NCBI GenBank assembly: GCA_001643675.2
Contig: LSRY02000006.1
Location: forward strand, 310,001 to 374,000
Direction of reading: 5' to 3'
Length of the DNA: 64,000 nt
Source of the DNA: Monocercomonoides exilis PA203
Lineage: Eukaryota; Protista; Preaxostyla
The translations under genes and the position numbers were made by a program. The notes beneath the pieces were generated by a model, which saw only the letters and a list, made by a program, of their open reading frames with translations, searched no databases and was not told the DNA's origin. Below, in pieces: positions 10,828-23,062 of the stretch. Position 1 is the first letter of the stretch, and each line of letters starts with the position of its first letter.

Positions 10828-12725
10828 ATGATATCAATTGAGGAAAACGAAGAATTTTTAAGTTTTTTAAAGAGTTTTAGAAGAAACAATTTCGGTAGCA
10901 AATGATTTTATTTATTTATTTTATAAATATTTCAATATTGAAACTATTTTTGACTTATACATCTATTTAGAATCAGATAATCAGCTTTTTAATAAAGATT
11001 CGGTTGAATGGGAAAATATTAAAGGATTTAAAGAACAAAAGTCATTTTTTGATGCAATTCAATTTTCGTCAGCAAGGAACAAATGCCCATTTGCACAAAT
11101 GAAACCAGTGGCACTTTTCATTCTTGTTGTTGGAGTACGTAATTGTTTCATTATTTTCAAATTTGCATTTGATAACAAATTACATTAGACATTCGGGAAC
11201 GGGAAATCTATTTTGGCGTCTTCGTTCTGCTCTAAGTCAAGAGCAAAAAGTATAAGAGTTCCTTTGTTAACAATTGGGCATTTGAATAAACATGTATTTT
11301 GTGGGTTTGACATCATAATAATTGATTTTGGAAATGTTTTATGAAATTTTAAACATGCATCAACCCAAAATCGAAAATATGTTGAAATTTTATTAAAGAT
11401 GTATTCAATCAGTTTTAGATAGGTGCTGCAGTCCTTATCCTTATATCGTAAATTTTGAGGGTCTTGACGATATTAGCGGGCATCGCGAAGGTAGATTTGA
11501 AACACACAAAGAAAGTCTTGCAAATGAGTTGATAAAGTGCCTGGGACATTTTAAAGCATCAACATTTAGACCTTCTTCTGAGATAACACGAACTTCTAAA
11601 AATTCTCTTTCATTTTCTGCTTCTTCTCCAATTGATTTTGTAGTTATTGTTTCCACTTCGCTTCCATGGGAACTTTCGACTGATGAAAGGGACCTATTTG
11701 ATTATATTGTTGATGCACCTTATTGGTCACTCGAAGAAAGGATGGGGTATTTCAGAAGCGAAATAGAGAGACACAATATTAAGTGCATGGACAGTTTTGT
11801 CGACTACGAGCAGATTGCATTACGAACAGAAGGGTAAGCATTTATAATTACTTCAAAGCACAAAAATATATTTCTTTCTTTCTTTCTTTCTTTTTTATAA
11901 AAATCAAAATGAATTCAACATCTTCATGTGAAAAAATTTGAAATTTGTCAAATTCTGAAACGCCTTTATTTTTTGACTACATTTTGTATTAATTGATTCA
12001 GATACATCAACTCCGATCTTTCAATTATTGTGCGTGAGGCTTTGATGATTAAGCTTCGAGAGATCATAAATTCTGATTCATGCATCCAGATGAAGGTTGT
12101 CAAGGCGGATGGCTGCGGATATGACGTGATGACTGTTGCAAAGAAACACATAGGAATTGTTCTGAAACAAAACAAATACAGGAGAGAAAAAGCTAAAAAG
12201 ATGGAAAATGAGCGAATTAGCAAAGAATGCTCAGATGAAGGGAAATGCAGCAAAGAATTCGAACAGGAAAAATCAGAAGGCGAAATTACTCAACCTTCTC
12301 CGTCTTCAACCAGTTCAGTTCATACGATTCATCCGCAAATAATTCCAATGGCTCCATCTTCGCCCATTTTATCCTCTGCCCAATCGACGACTTCTTCATC
12401 TGATTTGCCATCATCCTCTTCATCATCGTCATTTTCTTCTTCTTCTTCTTCTTCTTCTTCTCCTCCTCCTCCTTCTTCTTCTTCTCAGCTTTTAACTGTT
12501 TGTGAAGATCCTGACAGCGATTTTGTGAGCGAAGTGATGCCCTTTGATATGTCTCAATTAGATTCAAGCACATTCTTCATCCCAACAGCCACCACTGACG
12601 ATTTGCTTTCTGCTATTTTGTATGTTGGAAACCGTGACCGTTATTCGCATCAACGCATGGATGAGTTTTTGAGTACTTCTCCGAATTGGATTGCCAATAT
12701 CAGAAGTGTGGAAGAATTAGATTAA
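10828..12725 (+). CDS. Vps4-like (meiotic-clade) AAA+ protein, probably catalytically impaired, no MIT domain; 5 exons
   Basis: Spliced product: MISIEENEEF...DSVEWENIKG...ILVVG|TFGNGKS (Walker A)...PYIVNFEGLDD (Walker B position)...VIVSTSLPWELSTDERDLFD (SRH position)...IALRTEG|YINSDLSIIVREAL...LLTVCEDPDSDFVSEVMPFD...PTATTDDLLSAI (Vps4 beta/C-terminal-like). Introns ~10895-10970, 11135-11188, ~11305-11398, ~11834-12002. Confidence 0.75.
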
Positions 12726-13413
12726 GATGAAGTCACGAAAAGAAAAGTATTACTCGATTTAATTGGATTGGATAGCTTGTACGAAGCTTTTAGGATTCAT
12801 TTTGATTAAGTGAAATTTTTATTTGAATAAGTTTGAAACGACTTTGTCTTTCTTTTCATTTAACTAATATCTGTAATGTAATTGTACTTATAACGTTGTG
12901 GGAATTATTATAAAAATAATATTTTGCACTTTTGTTGAACTTATCACTCTTTTTTCGTTTAATTTTTGGATTCTGATTCTTGCAAGTTCAACCAATTTTT
13001 TCCATTATCATAGAAATGAAAGACTATTTTTTAAAAACAGAGAATAAAAAATGTTATCCTTTTTATTTAACTGAAAACAGAACAACATTGCACAATTAAC
13101 GGAATGCAAACTTTTGATCAATCAAAGAACCACATAAGATAAATGAAATTGAGATAAATAAAATAAAATACAAAAAAGAATCTTGTTATTGAGCTTGCAT
13201 CTTGTCATTAGTGAAATCAAAAGATTAACAAGATTTGGAAAACCAAAAAATGTTTTATCTTGTTGCTAAAAACTAAACGACAAACAAAAACCATTCAAAT
13301 TATAGCAAAGCATTTTCAATGCATAATGCGAAACAAAAACATCAACAAAAACTGAAAAAAAATTTACAAAGAAATTCTGAAAAATTTTTTCAGATTTAAA
13401 AAAATTTCTATTT

Positions 13414-15020
13414 TCAATCACAACCTTCATCAGGCTCGACTGCAAAACACATTTCAAAATCAGTGTCTTCTTCATTGCTGCCATCGAACATGCCAGCGCA
13501 ATCATCGTGCAGGACGGCCTTTTCCGCTGAACAGCAATCACTCGATACAAATGGAGCACATTCATTTAGCAAATAACTCCTTTCTGCTGCTTGCTCGCAA
13601 TCAAATCCCTCAGATTCATTTTTAGTATTGAACGTCAATTGCGTAAATGGTGAAGAAAACTCATCTTCAGTCCATTTGCCAGATTTAGACGAATACTCTG
13701 AATCATGGAAGGACTCATTCTCAAGCAACGGTTGCATCAGACACGTTTGAGAGCTGTTTATTGATTTTTTGTTTTGAAGTGATTTAGGAATATTTTCATT
13801 TCCACTTTTATATCCTCCACTTTGCCCAGTGCGATCAAATTCTTCGGAAACATCCTGTTTAAACTTATTCAGATCCATCTTCCTTATCGATTTTTCTCCT
13901 TTTGTCATTTTCAATGTTGTTTTTTGTTTCATGTCATTTTCCATACCATTTTCAGAAACATCAGAGTTCATTGAATTTAGTAACTTTTTCGAACGAGTCG
14001 CATTGCTATTTGTTTGTTCTCTGTTAACGGGCTTGCTTTGTCCATTCGAGCAACAGCAGCAGTTCCCCCATCTCCCAATCATTACGAGCATCATCAATGC
14101 GAGAACAACCTGTCCAATGAGCGCATTCAAAAACGTGTAGATTGCATGGTTCTCAGGATGCTTAAAATCAGTGACGTAGCGCAGGACTTTAAAAACACAT
14201 TCATTTAATTTTTAAATAAAAAATTCAGAAAAACAAAGAAATGGTAATTTTCATAATTCAACTTTCACAGTCAAAACGCACACCTAACATGAAAGCCCGA
14301 AAGATGAAGCCGCACAGACACAAAAGTGCTCGAAATAAAACGCCTCGTTTCATATTAGAAAGAAAAGAAATTCCAATTGCTTTATTCAATCTTCCAACAA
14401 TTCGAATTCCTGTTTTGGGTGTTTAAGAATTATAACCACTTCAGTTGAATCAAAGTTTTTCATACCGTATACTAAGATGATTAGTGCAACAACAGTATTC
14501 AAAATAGCAGCATAAGTTCCTTCTATAAGATGCAACGTGTCACAGGCACCATCGCAAGCTCCCTGATACTTTGTAAAAGCAATAGGGAACATCGGAATTA
14601 TGATGCACAATGGAATAATTAAGACAAAAACAATGCAAAGTCCAAAGGTGACGAAAACAACAGATCTCGATCCCCCCTGAGAATGCATTGCTAACATCCA
14701 GTATATGTTGATTGTTATAAAGCAAAAAATAAAAATGTAGCTTGACATTGCAGTCAAGAGAACTTCTTGAGGAGATTGCTTAAGCATTGGTTTTGAAGTC
14801 GTGTCAAAAATCATATGAGCAACAAATCTTACAGATTCTTAAATATGAAAAAATATTTTTAAAGATAAATTGAATACCTCATTGCAAAAGTTATAAAAAT
14901 GAAGAGATGAAATAAGAATTGAAGATGAAATCTATCGCATCCTTTCTTCAACTTGCATACAAGTTCTAAACGTACAAATTCTTCCAGAGAAAAAACAGTC
15001 ACAAATCCAACAAGTATTCT
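13414..15020 (-). CDS. THH1/TOM1/TOM3 (GPR137-like) multi-pass membrane protein with a long cytosolic tail; multi-exon, 5' end uncertain (may extend to ~15230)
   Basis: Joined exons give FHLFIFITFAMR|FVAH, VLLTAMSSYIFIFCFITINIYW, YAAILNTVVALIILVYG, LCLCGFIFRAFM and HPENHAIYTFLNALIGQVVLALMMLVMIGR, resembling the TOM1/GPR137 helix series. A CCCC cluster follows the last helix. Confidence 0.6.
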
Positions 15021-15500
15021 ATTCAAAAAAAAATTTTTTTTTTGTTAAAAGAAACTGCTTGAAAAAAATAAATAAAATTTAACTTTTGTATAATCAGAAA
15101 AATCTTATTCTCCTCATCAGAAGTCATAAATCCACTTATTTACAACAAGACTTCCAGCTATGTATGGCAGATTTCCTTTATACTACAAAAATATACCCAA
15201 AAATATCAGAAAGAAAAATGTTGGGCCCATAAAAAAATCTCAGCTTGAAAATACGTTTCTCAACAGCAAAACAATTAAAAAATAAGTCAATAATATTCTA
15301 AAAAACAAACAATTCAAGCAGCATCTCCAATAGATCAAATCTCGCTCAATAGCAAATCAACAGATAAGATCTGTAAAAAATTTGATATTTAGGAAAATGA
15401 CTTGAAAAAACAAATTGAAAAAAAAAATAAAATCCAGACATATTCAAACAAAAGAAATGATTCACTGTTTTCAACAGAAGTTACATTAAAATAATAAAAA

Positions 15501-16785
15501 TTAAATTCCAATAAATTCTTTCTTCTTCATTTTTTCAATAGTCTTCTTACGCTCTTCCTCATCCAGAATTCTCCTCAGAAGACCTGGATTGTTTGTACAG
15601 ATCTCATCCATATTTGAATTGACATATTGACGAAGAACGGGCTCCGTATCGGGGTTGCCTGCAGAAAAATAGCACGACATGTTCATTCCCATTCTATGGG
15701 CTGGCTCGATAATTTTATTCTGGAATGTTTCATTAAAAACTAAATTACAGTGAGGATGGAAATACTGGGCTCCATAATACTCGGCAGCGCGAAATGGAAA
15801 TTCCCAACTTAACATTCACACAAAATATAAGTGATAAAATTAAATCGAAGAAGATAGCAAAGATTCTTCAAACTTTGATGGCATCCTATTGAATAAGAGT
15901 GCTTTTCTAACAGTTGTAATGTTTCTTATTGGCTCAAACAGATCCGCTGGAACCGAAAATGTTGGATTTTGGTCTAAGAAAATGAATTAACATTTAAAAA
16001 GAGCTCAAAAATCAATGAAATAATAAAAGCAAAAACATTTTTTCCAATAAAATGATGACAATGTATGAATGCAACTCTCGACTCCAAGCATTCGAGCAAT
16101 ATTTAAAACACGTGGGGCAATTTCAGGATTATCACCTTTCAGTTCAACGATAATCTTTTTACCAGTAGGACAAATTTCCTTAAAAACAGTAGCAAGCAAA
16201 GGAATATACAAAGGTGGTTCATATGCTTTTGTGTATTCATCAGACAAATATAATCTTGAATCAGGTTTTTCCAAGCTCCTAAGAAATATTGAAAAATTAA
16301 AACAATAATCTCAAAGCAATAAATAAAAGCAAAAACCATGGAGCCTTAACTCTATTTTTATGACGTTCTGAATGAAGATACTCACCAGAAAGAGGTGTTC
16401 TCATTCCTTTTTTCTCTGGAACAATTGAAGCATTTAAACTATCCGTTGGACCAGGATCAGAGCGATGTGTAACAACAACTTGATTGTCCCTTGATATCCA
16501 CACATCAAGTTCAACACTGAAAAATCGAAAAGAATAAATCATTAATTTTTTGATAAAAATAACATAAAAGCAAACGCATCTGCACCAACTCGGATTGCTT
16601 CCAAATATGAAGGAATAGAATTTTCTGGATACTGATTTAAACATTCCTTTAATTTTGTTCAACAACAACAATTATAAAAAATTTATTTAAATGTGTAATA
16701 CCGGATGAGAACAGCCATTTCCCCTATGTCCAACTACCATAATGCATTTAGCATTAAACAAAATTGCTATTAAGATGCTGAGCAT
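15501..16785 (-). CDS. Glycerophosphodiester phosphodiesterase (GDPD family), multi-exon, possible signal peptide
   Basis: MLSILIAILFNAKCIMVVGHRGNG, ENSIPSYLEAIRVGAD, VELDVWISRDNQVVVTH, IIVELKG, LSSF, DEICTNNP: the canonical GDPD motif order. Confidence 0.88.
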
Positions 16786-16845
16786 CTTAGAATTAGTCAA
16801 TTCGTAAAAAATAGATCACTATTAGTATATTTTTTAATATTATGA

Positions 16846-19181
16846 TCACAATTCGATTGAAAGTTTTTTCTTTTTCCGTTTTGGAAATTTTTTTGGTGGC
16901 CGGATGAGCCATGTCATAATTTCATTCGAATCTTTTGATGTCACTTCCGATTGAGCTCTTATCTTTTCGTTTTCTTCGCGTTTGTGCTGAGCTTTTAGCT
17001 GCTGTTCGATTGCAATCTCAGAAAGATGCTTCTTTTCTTTTTCAAGTCTATTTCTTCGAATAACAGAAACAAGCGTTGCAGATCCCCTCAAAGAAGATGA
17101 ATGCGGCCGTTTAGCCAGGGATCTTCGCATCCCGCTTTTACCTTCTAGTGTTGATTGAAAATAATCTTTGAGGATAAAAAATATTTGAGAAAAAATGATT
17201 AAAAAATGCATAAAGTTGAAAGGAGAAGATACAAATTATGAATGGCAAACCTCGATCATTACCAGCATATCCATTCAATGAATCCGACCTTTGCATCGAT
17301 CTCTGCTGATACTCTTTCATTTCCTTTTCTATTTTCTCTTCTCTTTTTTCTTGGCTGCTCACAAGCTCAATGCTCCTTGTGACATAACTTGAATACACGT
17401 GCTCTTTCCTCAGCTCTGTCTCATTAGCCAGCTGATCCAGCTCCTCCTGCGGCTCGCACCCGATCTCCATCTCCATCTCGTCAAACCTCGTGCTGCTCGA
17501 CTTGTTCATCGAAAATTGCGGTTTTGTGTTAAAATCGTTAGACGGAGCTTGCAGCTGCAGCTGCTGGAAGCGCGGGTTCAAACGCAATGTCCCGTCTCCG
17601 CCAGGTGGCTCGGGTGTCTTCACTCTCCATTCGCCCGACTCGTCTTCCTCTTTCACAGACTCCCTCTCAAGCTTCACGCTCTCTCGCTCCTCTTTCTGCT
17701 TCATCCGCTCCAGCCTCTTTTTCTTGTAGTACTCGTCTGCCTCCTCGTCACTGTCCGCCGAAAGCACTTCGTCGTCTCCCCTCTCCAGAGTCTCGTGCAG
17801 GCCCACGTATCTCTCTTCCCCTGGCTTTATCACCTTCGCTCTTTCAGACTCCACATCCGCAGCTGACCGCCCCAGCCCTCTCTTCAGCGAGCTGTGTGCG
17901 CTTTCGAAAAGCGACAGCTGCTCCTCTTTGAACGTCTCATCATTCCACGAATGCGCCACCGAGCGCTGTGTCTGCGGGCCTGGGCGGAGCGAGCCATGTG
18001 ACGAGTGGAGGCTGTCTGACGCCCGCGGCGAGCTGAAGCTGCCTGGATGAGGCGAGGCAGCTGGCGAGATGGTTGGCGAAGAGTTTGGCGATGTGGATGG
18101 AGAAGCTGGTCTGCGCGGGGTGAATGAATTGCTGAGGGCAAGCTTTGACGTGGGCAGCCGCAGTTGAGAGGTTCCGGTCATTGTGGGAAGAGGAGAGTGA
18201 GGGATGATGAAAGAGGGAGATTTGCCTCCAAGTCCAGATGGAGTCATCGAATTTGAAGTGTAAAATCCTAATATTTTAATAATTTCAATATGTAATTTAA
18301 ATTCTTGATTGAATAAATGCAACAAATAACAACCTGGTGGAGCGTACATTCTTGAGCGCGATGTCCTTTCAGAAGGCATTCCATGTGCGAATGCTGGAGA
18401 TTGTGGGATTCTTGTCGATTTTGTTGAAGATCCGCTTTGTGAAGTCCTATTAGGGGGAATTATGTCTAAAATGTATTTGATAAAGGATAAGCAACAGGCT
18501 GGAGGGGGAAAAAAAGCAAAATACATTTTGAATTTGATAAACGAGGAGGCTCTGCCCCACTAAGTCCAAGTCTAATTGATCGTTGGTGCAGATTATGTGC
18601 AATCTTGTTGGAATAAATTAAAGAGATATCAATATCCAAAATATGAAAACTGTTCACACTGCTCCAAAAAGAAATAATTTTTGAAACGCAGAAGAAGGAC
18701 GTTGCACGTTTGCAGAAATATTACCAACAAGCTTTTGCGGATCAAAATCTGCAATTATTGATGCAACATTATCTTCATATGTTGATTGGATATCATCACG
18801 AAATACATCACTTCTTACAAATTGAGCAGTTTCATCAACTCCTATTTTTTTCATCATATGAAGCATTTTCGCTCTTTCCATTACAATATGCTGGTCTTTC
18901 TCCACTGATGGCGTTGATGACTCTTTCACGAATGAATCGTTCACAATGTTTTCAGGTGCTGATGTTGTAGATGCTTTAATTCGCATATTACCCTTTTCTC
19001 TCTTTGATAAGGTTTGCTTTTTAATTGATTCAATTAACAGTTGTCTATGCTGCTTTTCATGTCGTTGTTGAATTGATTCGAATGCTGCCTCACTCCTTTT
19101 CAATTGGTCCATAAGTCGATCAATCTCATGCTCTGATGCCCTTGATTCGCGCCTTGGAAGATATTTGTCGAGATATGACAT
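16846..19181 (-). CDS. Hypothetical protein (coiled-coil, Ser/Pro-rich), multi-exon
   Basis: ORFs 18654-19181, 17138-18526 and 16846-17211 are separated by short AT-rich intron-like gaps and have coding-like GC content. No family recognised. Confidence 0.7.
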
Positions 19182-19462
19182 GAAATCGCTCCAAACAAAA
19201 AAATTGAAATGAAAATCAAAAAAATTATGGTAAAATTTTCTGAAAAGTAAATTATTCTTTATTGAAGCATTAACAATAAAATTCTTTAAACAAATATAAT
19301 GCAGAATTGAAATGGAAAACCGAAAAAGACAGAGAACAATAAAAATAAGACAATGTATTTTTCTCTTGAAAAGCTATCAACATTAAAATGTTTTCTAATA
19401 ACATTGTAAAAAATATCAAAATTTCAACTGAAAACAAAAACATACTTTACAATCAAACAAAA

Positions 19463-22400
19463 TCACTCCAAAAATACTTTACAAAAGTCCGCAGGTATAG
19501 AAGGAAAAGGAGGAAGATGCTCTATTTCTGCCTGACCCCATGCAACGCGATCAGGAATCCATTTGACATTCTTTAAAGGTGCTCTGGTGTACTCTGGGAT
19601 TGAGAGACTGTTTTTACTGGGCACTCCATCGCTCATATACTTGTAAGACAGTGAAGACATTAATGGATCTTTCTCGTCATTTGAAGAAAATGACTGGCTC
19701 TTTCCCTCAGAGTTGGCACGGGTATCATTGTTTGTGCCATATGACGAGTTCAGAGAGTTCAAAATCTTTTCAGTTTTCATTGATTCCATGTTCGGGTTGT
19801 TGCTGTCCAAAGAGCCAAGCTTCAAAAATCTTCGCTTTCGCCTTTGCAAAAGCAAAAGCAAAACGACTATTACAAATGCGATGATTCCGATTAGACCAAC
19901 AACCAACCCAATTATCAATCCAGTACTGTTATTTTTATTCTCTTCTTTTTTTGGGTCAACCGTTGGTTCATCAGGCTTTTCACCTGGATCTTTTATTAGA
20001 GAAATATATTTGCCTGTGACGTATTGATTCTCCGCACGCAGAAACACCAAACGAACACCAACTTCATCCGAGTCATCATCTTTGCTTCTTTGCAGCTCTG
20101 CAGATGATATATTCATTTCTATTGTGTTTTCATTGCTGATCAAAGAGAAATTGTAAGGATTGCTTTTCTGAATCTCGCCTTTCTTCTTGAAGACGATTTC
20201 GAATGAGAGCGAACACGGGATGAATAGCTTTCCTTTGAATGTCAGTTTGGTTGTTTGCGTTTCTGTGTCATTCGCCAAAGCGACACTGTCAAGCACAGGC
20301 ATGAAGAAAGGCGAATCAAGTGCAGGCAAATCTCCGTCAAGTGTGCAGTCGTCGCTCCTCAGAAACAGCGGATGGTCCAAATCTGATCCATCCCCTCGCA
20401 TTTTTTCCACACTTATTTTCCCTTTAGAGCATGCGATATTCTTTCTGAATGATTGGAATTCTGCGTTTTTCCCGTTGTTTTCAAACAAAGTGTTGAATAT
20501 GATTGCTTCAGATCCAGTCACTTGCAACGCTCCCGACTTTAAGTTTGAAAAGACGCATTCGTCTATCTTTGATTTGCAATTTGTCAGCTTTATTGCTTCT
20601 TCTGCCCAATTACACATTTCTGAACTTGCTTCATTATGCATTCTATTAACTGGAGAATAATTTCTGCTTTCTGAATTTTGTTCAATGGTGAATTTGCAGT
20701 TTACCAAAGCGATAATCCAAACATTTGCTTCGATGATATGGTTAATGAGCATGTTAGATATATCAATTCCACTGATTTGACAATCTTTCATATTGAAAGA
20801 GTTTTCATCATTCTTAAGAATGTGTTGTGATGGATCTTCATTTGAAGAAAACCTTGTTTCAGAAAATAAAGACTTAGAAGTCAATTCATAATCAGAAGAT
20901 GTTTCCGTGTTCTGAGGCACATCGTAATCATGTTCACTTTCTGGGCCAATGCAAAGAAAGAGAGATCCACCATTGATTGTAATATCAGTGATGTTTGTGG
21001 CTTTCACACTCACATCCACACGAGGCTCGAACAAAAAAACAGTTCTTGAAAACTTCATCTTATTGAATGCAACCGTATCGCAATCAAACTGCCCTTGAGT
21101 AACATGAACGAAATGAGCGCTGATGCTTTCGATGGTGCTGTCAACGCTGCAGTGCGACAAAGTCAGTGCCAATCCAGAAGCCAAAAAGAGAGTGTTGCGA
21201 CTGTCCTTTAATTTCTGAAGAGATAATTTCAGATAGGAGAATACAACGATCCCTTCACAGTTGGCAAAACCCGACATTGAAGCGTCTCTCTGATCCAAGA
21301 AAATGAGGGTGGCATCACCAGCATTTTGATAATGATTGCAATTTATGTCTTCTTCAGTCGCATACGCCGTAATTGTCATTCTGGAAATAATCATTTCTTT
21401 CATCTCATATGCCTTGTCAAGAACCTTAACGATTCTGCTGTGACCGTCAACCTCAGGAAGCAAATGCCCAATGCCATTTTCGAGTGTCGAACATGGCTTA
21501 TCTTTGTCATTAATTCCGCAATATGAATCTTCGCTTCCATTATGACAAATTACAATGGTGTATCCTTGAGAAATATTCAAATACGTATTGATGAGATCAA
21601 CTGGCTCCCCCTTTTCATCATTCGCGCCAAGCATTTGATATCTATAGTACGCATTATCATTTCCTGTTCGATCAAAGCAGAAGAATGCAGGAGTAACTTT
21701 CTGCTCCAAACCAGGGCATATTGTGTAGAACCAAGGCGCTTGCTTTTTGTAGTAATCATCTTCCACAACCACATCCCATTTTCTCATGTCAATTCCAGTG
21801 AAATCCCACAGAATAGTCTTATCAGCACAAACTATATTCATAAGCGTACCATTGTATTTATTACTAATTCTCTGACTGGCAGATGCGCTGTTGTAAGTAA
21901 ACAAGAAAGTGCTTCCCGTTTTCAAGTTTATTCGAAATGCGCCACCTTTTGCAGTGCTGAACCTGATATTTTCAAATTTGCAATGTGAGATGTCTATCTT
22001 GTGATTGGCAACCGACATTAAAGTCAGCACAGCCGTCGAACCTCCATCATTCCAAATCTTATTGAATGAAGTGTAACTCATCGAGAAAACAGGAGCTTCA
22101 ACCTCACTTATTGCTCCACATTCAAGAGTTGTATTGTATCTATTATTTTCAGCTTCTTTTTTATGTTTAATTTGATCTATTTTTATCACAACACTATCAA
22201 CACCTTCTTCTATGTGATGTGTATTGACACCTTCAAAAATACTTTCATCAATCTGAACATTAACTGAAGGACAGCAGCAAATGGCTCCAGGGACATCTGA
22301 CCAATCCGTAAAGTTACAACATCTAAGAATCAGACTTCCAGATTCGATAGTTATTAAATGAAAATAACAATGCTCTGTATTTCTAATTCCATCGAAATGA

Positions 22401-23062
22401 CAGTGTAAAAGCGAAACAACTGGCAAATTAGAGTTCAAAAAATTTTGAGAAGCCCCTGAATGAATGATATCTTCATGTGGGGATGGTACCAAATTTGGTA
22501 CATTAAATCTCAACCATTCTAAAGTCAGATTTTTTGTATTATCTAAAAATGCTCCCGAGTCCCAATCGTCTATTACAAAGCTTAGTAAACATATGTTATT
22601 TGCATTTCCATTATTTGCTCGCATCCAAATATTGGATACATCAAGCATTTTCGTATTCTTCAAACCTGTTTTTAAAATAATCGTTCTCATTTTGTCGTTG
22701 TTTTCCAATCGTTTCATCGCAAAAGACATTGTCATGCAAGGATCAGGCTCAATTCCACAATCATCTGTATCTTTTGAATTTTCTGAAATGAAAACTGTTT
22801 GAAGAAGCTGTTGTTCGGTATTTGATTTTGGAACAGATTGAAAAGAAGATTGATGAAGAACATCACGAAAAGGATGCAAAATGTTATGTTTGCTTTCTCC
22901 GCGAAAAGCTTCAATGTTCATTTCAGTTGGATATATCGAATCAATTTCATCAATATTTCCTTTCTCAAAAAAAGCCTGATCGTCTTTCTGATGATATTGC
23001 ATCGAAAATACACGTAAAAAAATTACAAAACTTAACTCAAAGATAAAGCTATTGAAAGACAT
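19463..23062 (-). CDS. Type I membrane surface protein with Cys-rich beta-helix-like ectodomain (1199 aa, intronless)
   Basis: Hydrophobic N-terminus. CGIEPDPCMTM and CGINDKDKPCSTL modules, KGGAF motif, TM GLIIGLVVGLIGIIAFVIVVLLLLL followed by QRRKRR, and a ~120-aa tail without a kinase domain. Confidence 0.85.
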   Translation of the reverse strand: MSFNSFIFELSFVIFLRVFSMQYHQKDDQAFFEKGNIDEIDSIYPTEMNIEAFRGESKHNILHPFRDVLHQSSFQSVPKSNTEQQLLQTVFISENSKDTDDCGIEPDPCMTMSFAMKRLENNDKMRTIILKTGLKNTKMLDVSNIWMRANNGNANNICLLSFVIDDWDSGAFLDNTKNLTLEWLRFNVPNLVPSPHEDIIHSGASQNFLNSNLPVVSLLHCHFDGIRNTEHCYFHLITIESGSLILRCCNFTDWSDVPGAICCCPSVNVQIDESIFEGVNTHHIEEGVDSVVIKIDQIKHKKEAENNRYNTTLECGAISEVEAPVFSMSYTSFNKIWNDGGSTAVLTLMSVANHKIDISHCKFENIRFSTAKGGAFRINLKTGSTFLFTYNSASASQRISNKYNGTLMNIVCADKTILWDFTGIDMRKWDVVVEDDYYKKQAPWFYTICPGLEQKVTPAFFCFDRTGNDNAYYRYQMLGANDEKGEPVDLINTYLNISQGYTIVICHNGSEDSYCGINDKDKPCSTLENGIGHLLPEVDGHSRIVKVLDKAYEMKEMIISRMTITAYATEEDINCNHYQNAGDATLIFLDQRDASMSGFANCEGIVVFSYLKLSLQKLKDSRNTLFLASGLALTLSHCSVDSTIESISAHFVHVTQGQFDCDTVAFNKMKFSRTVFLFEPRVDVSVKATNITDITINGGSLFLCIGPESEHDYDVPQNTETSSDYELTSKSLFSETRFSSNEDPSQHILKNDENSFNMKDCQISGIDISNMLINHIIEANVWIIALVNCKFTIEQNSESRNYSPVNRMHNEASSEMCNWAEEAIKLTNCKSKIDECVFSNLKSGALQVTGSEAIIFNTLFENNGKNAEFQSFRKNIACSKGKISVEKMRGDGSDLDHPLFLRSDDCTLDGDLPALDSPFFMPVLDSVALANDTETQTTKLTFKGKLFIPCSLSFEIVFKKKGEIQKSNPYNFSLISNENTIEMNISSAELQRSKDDDSDEVGVRLVFLRAENQYVTGKYISLIKDPGEKPDEPTVDPKKEENKNNSTGLIIGLVVGLIGIIAFVIVVLLLLLQRRKRRFLKLGSLDSNNPNMESMKTEKILNSLNSSYGTNNDTRANSEGKSQSFSSNDEKDPLMSSLSYKYMSDGVPSKNSLSIPEYTRAPLKNVKWIPDRVAWGQAEIEHLPPFPSIPADFCKVFLE

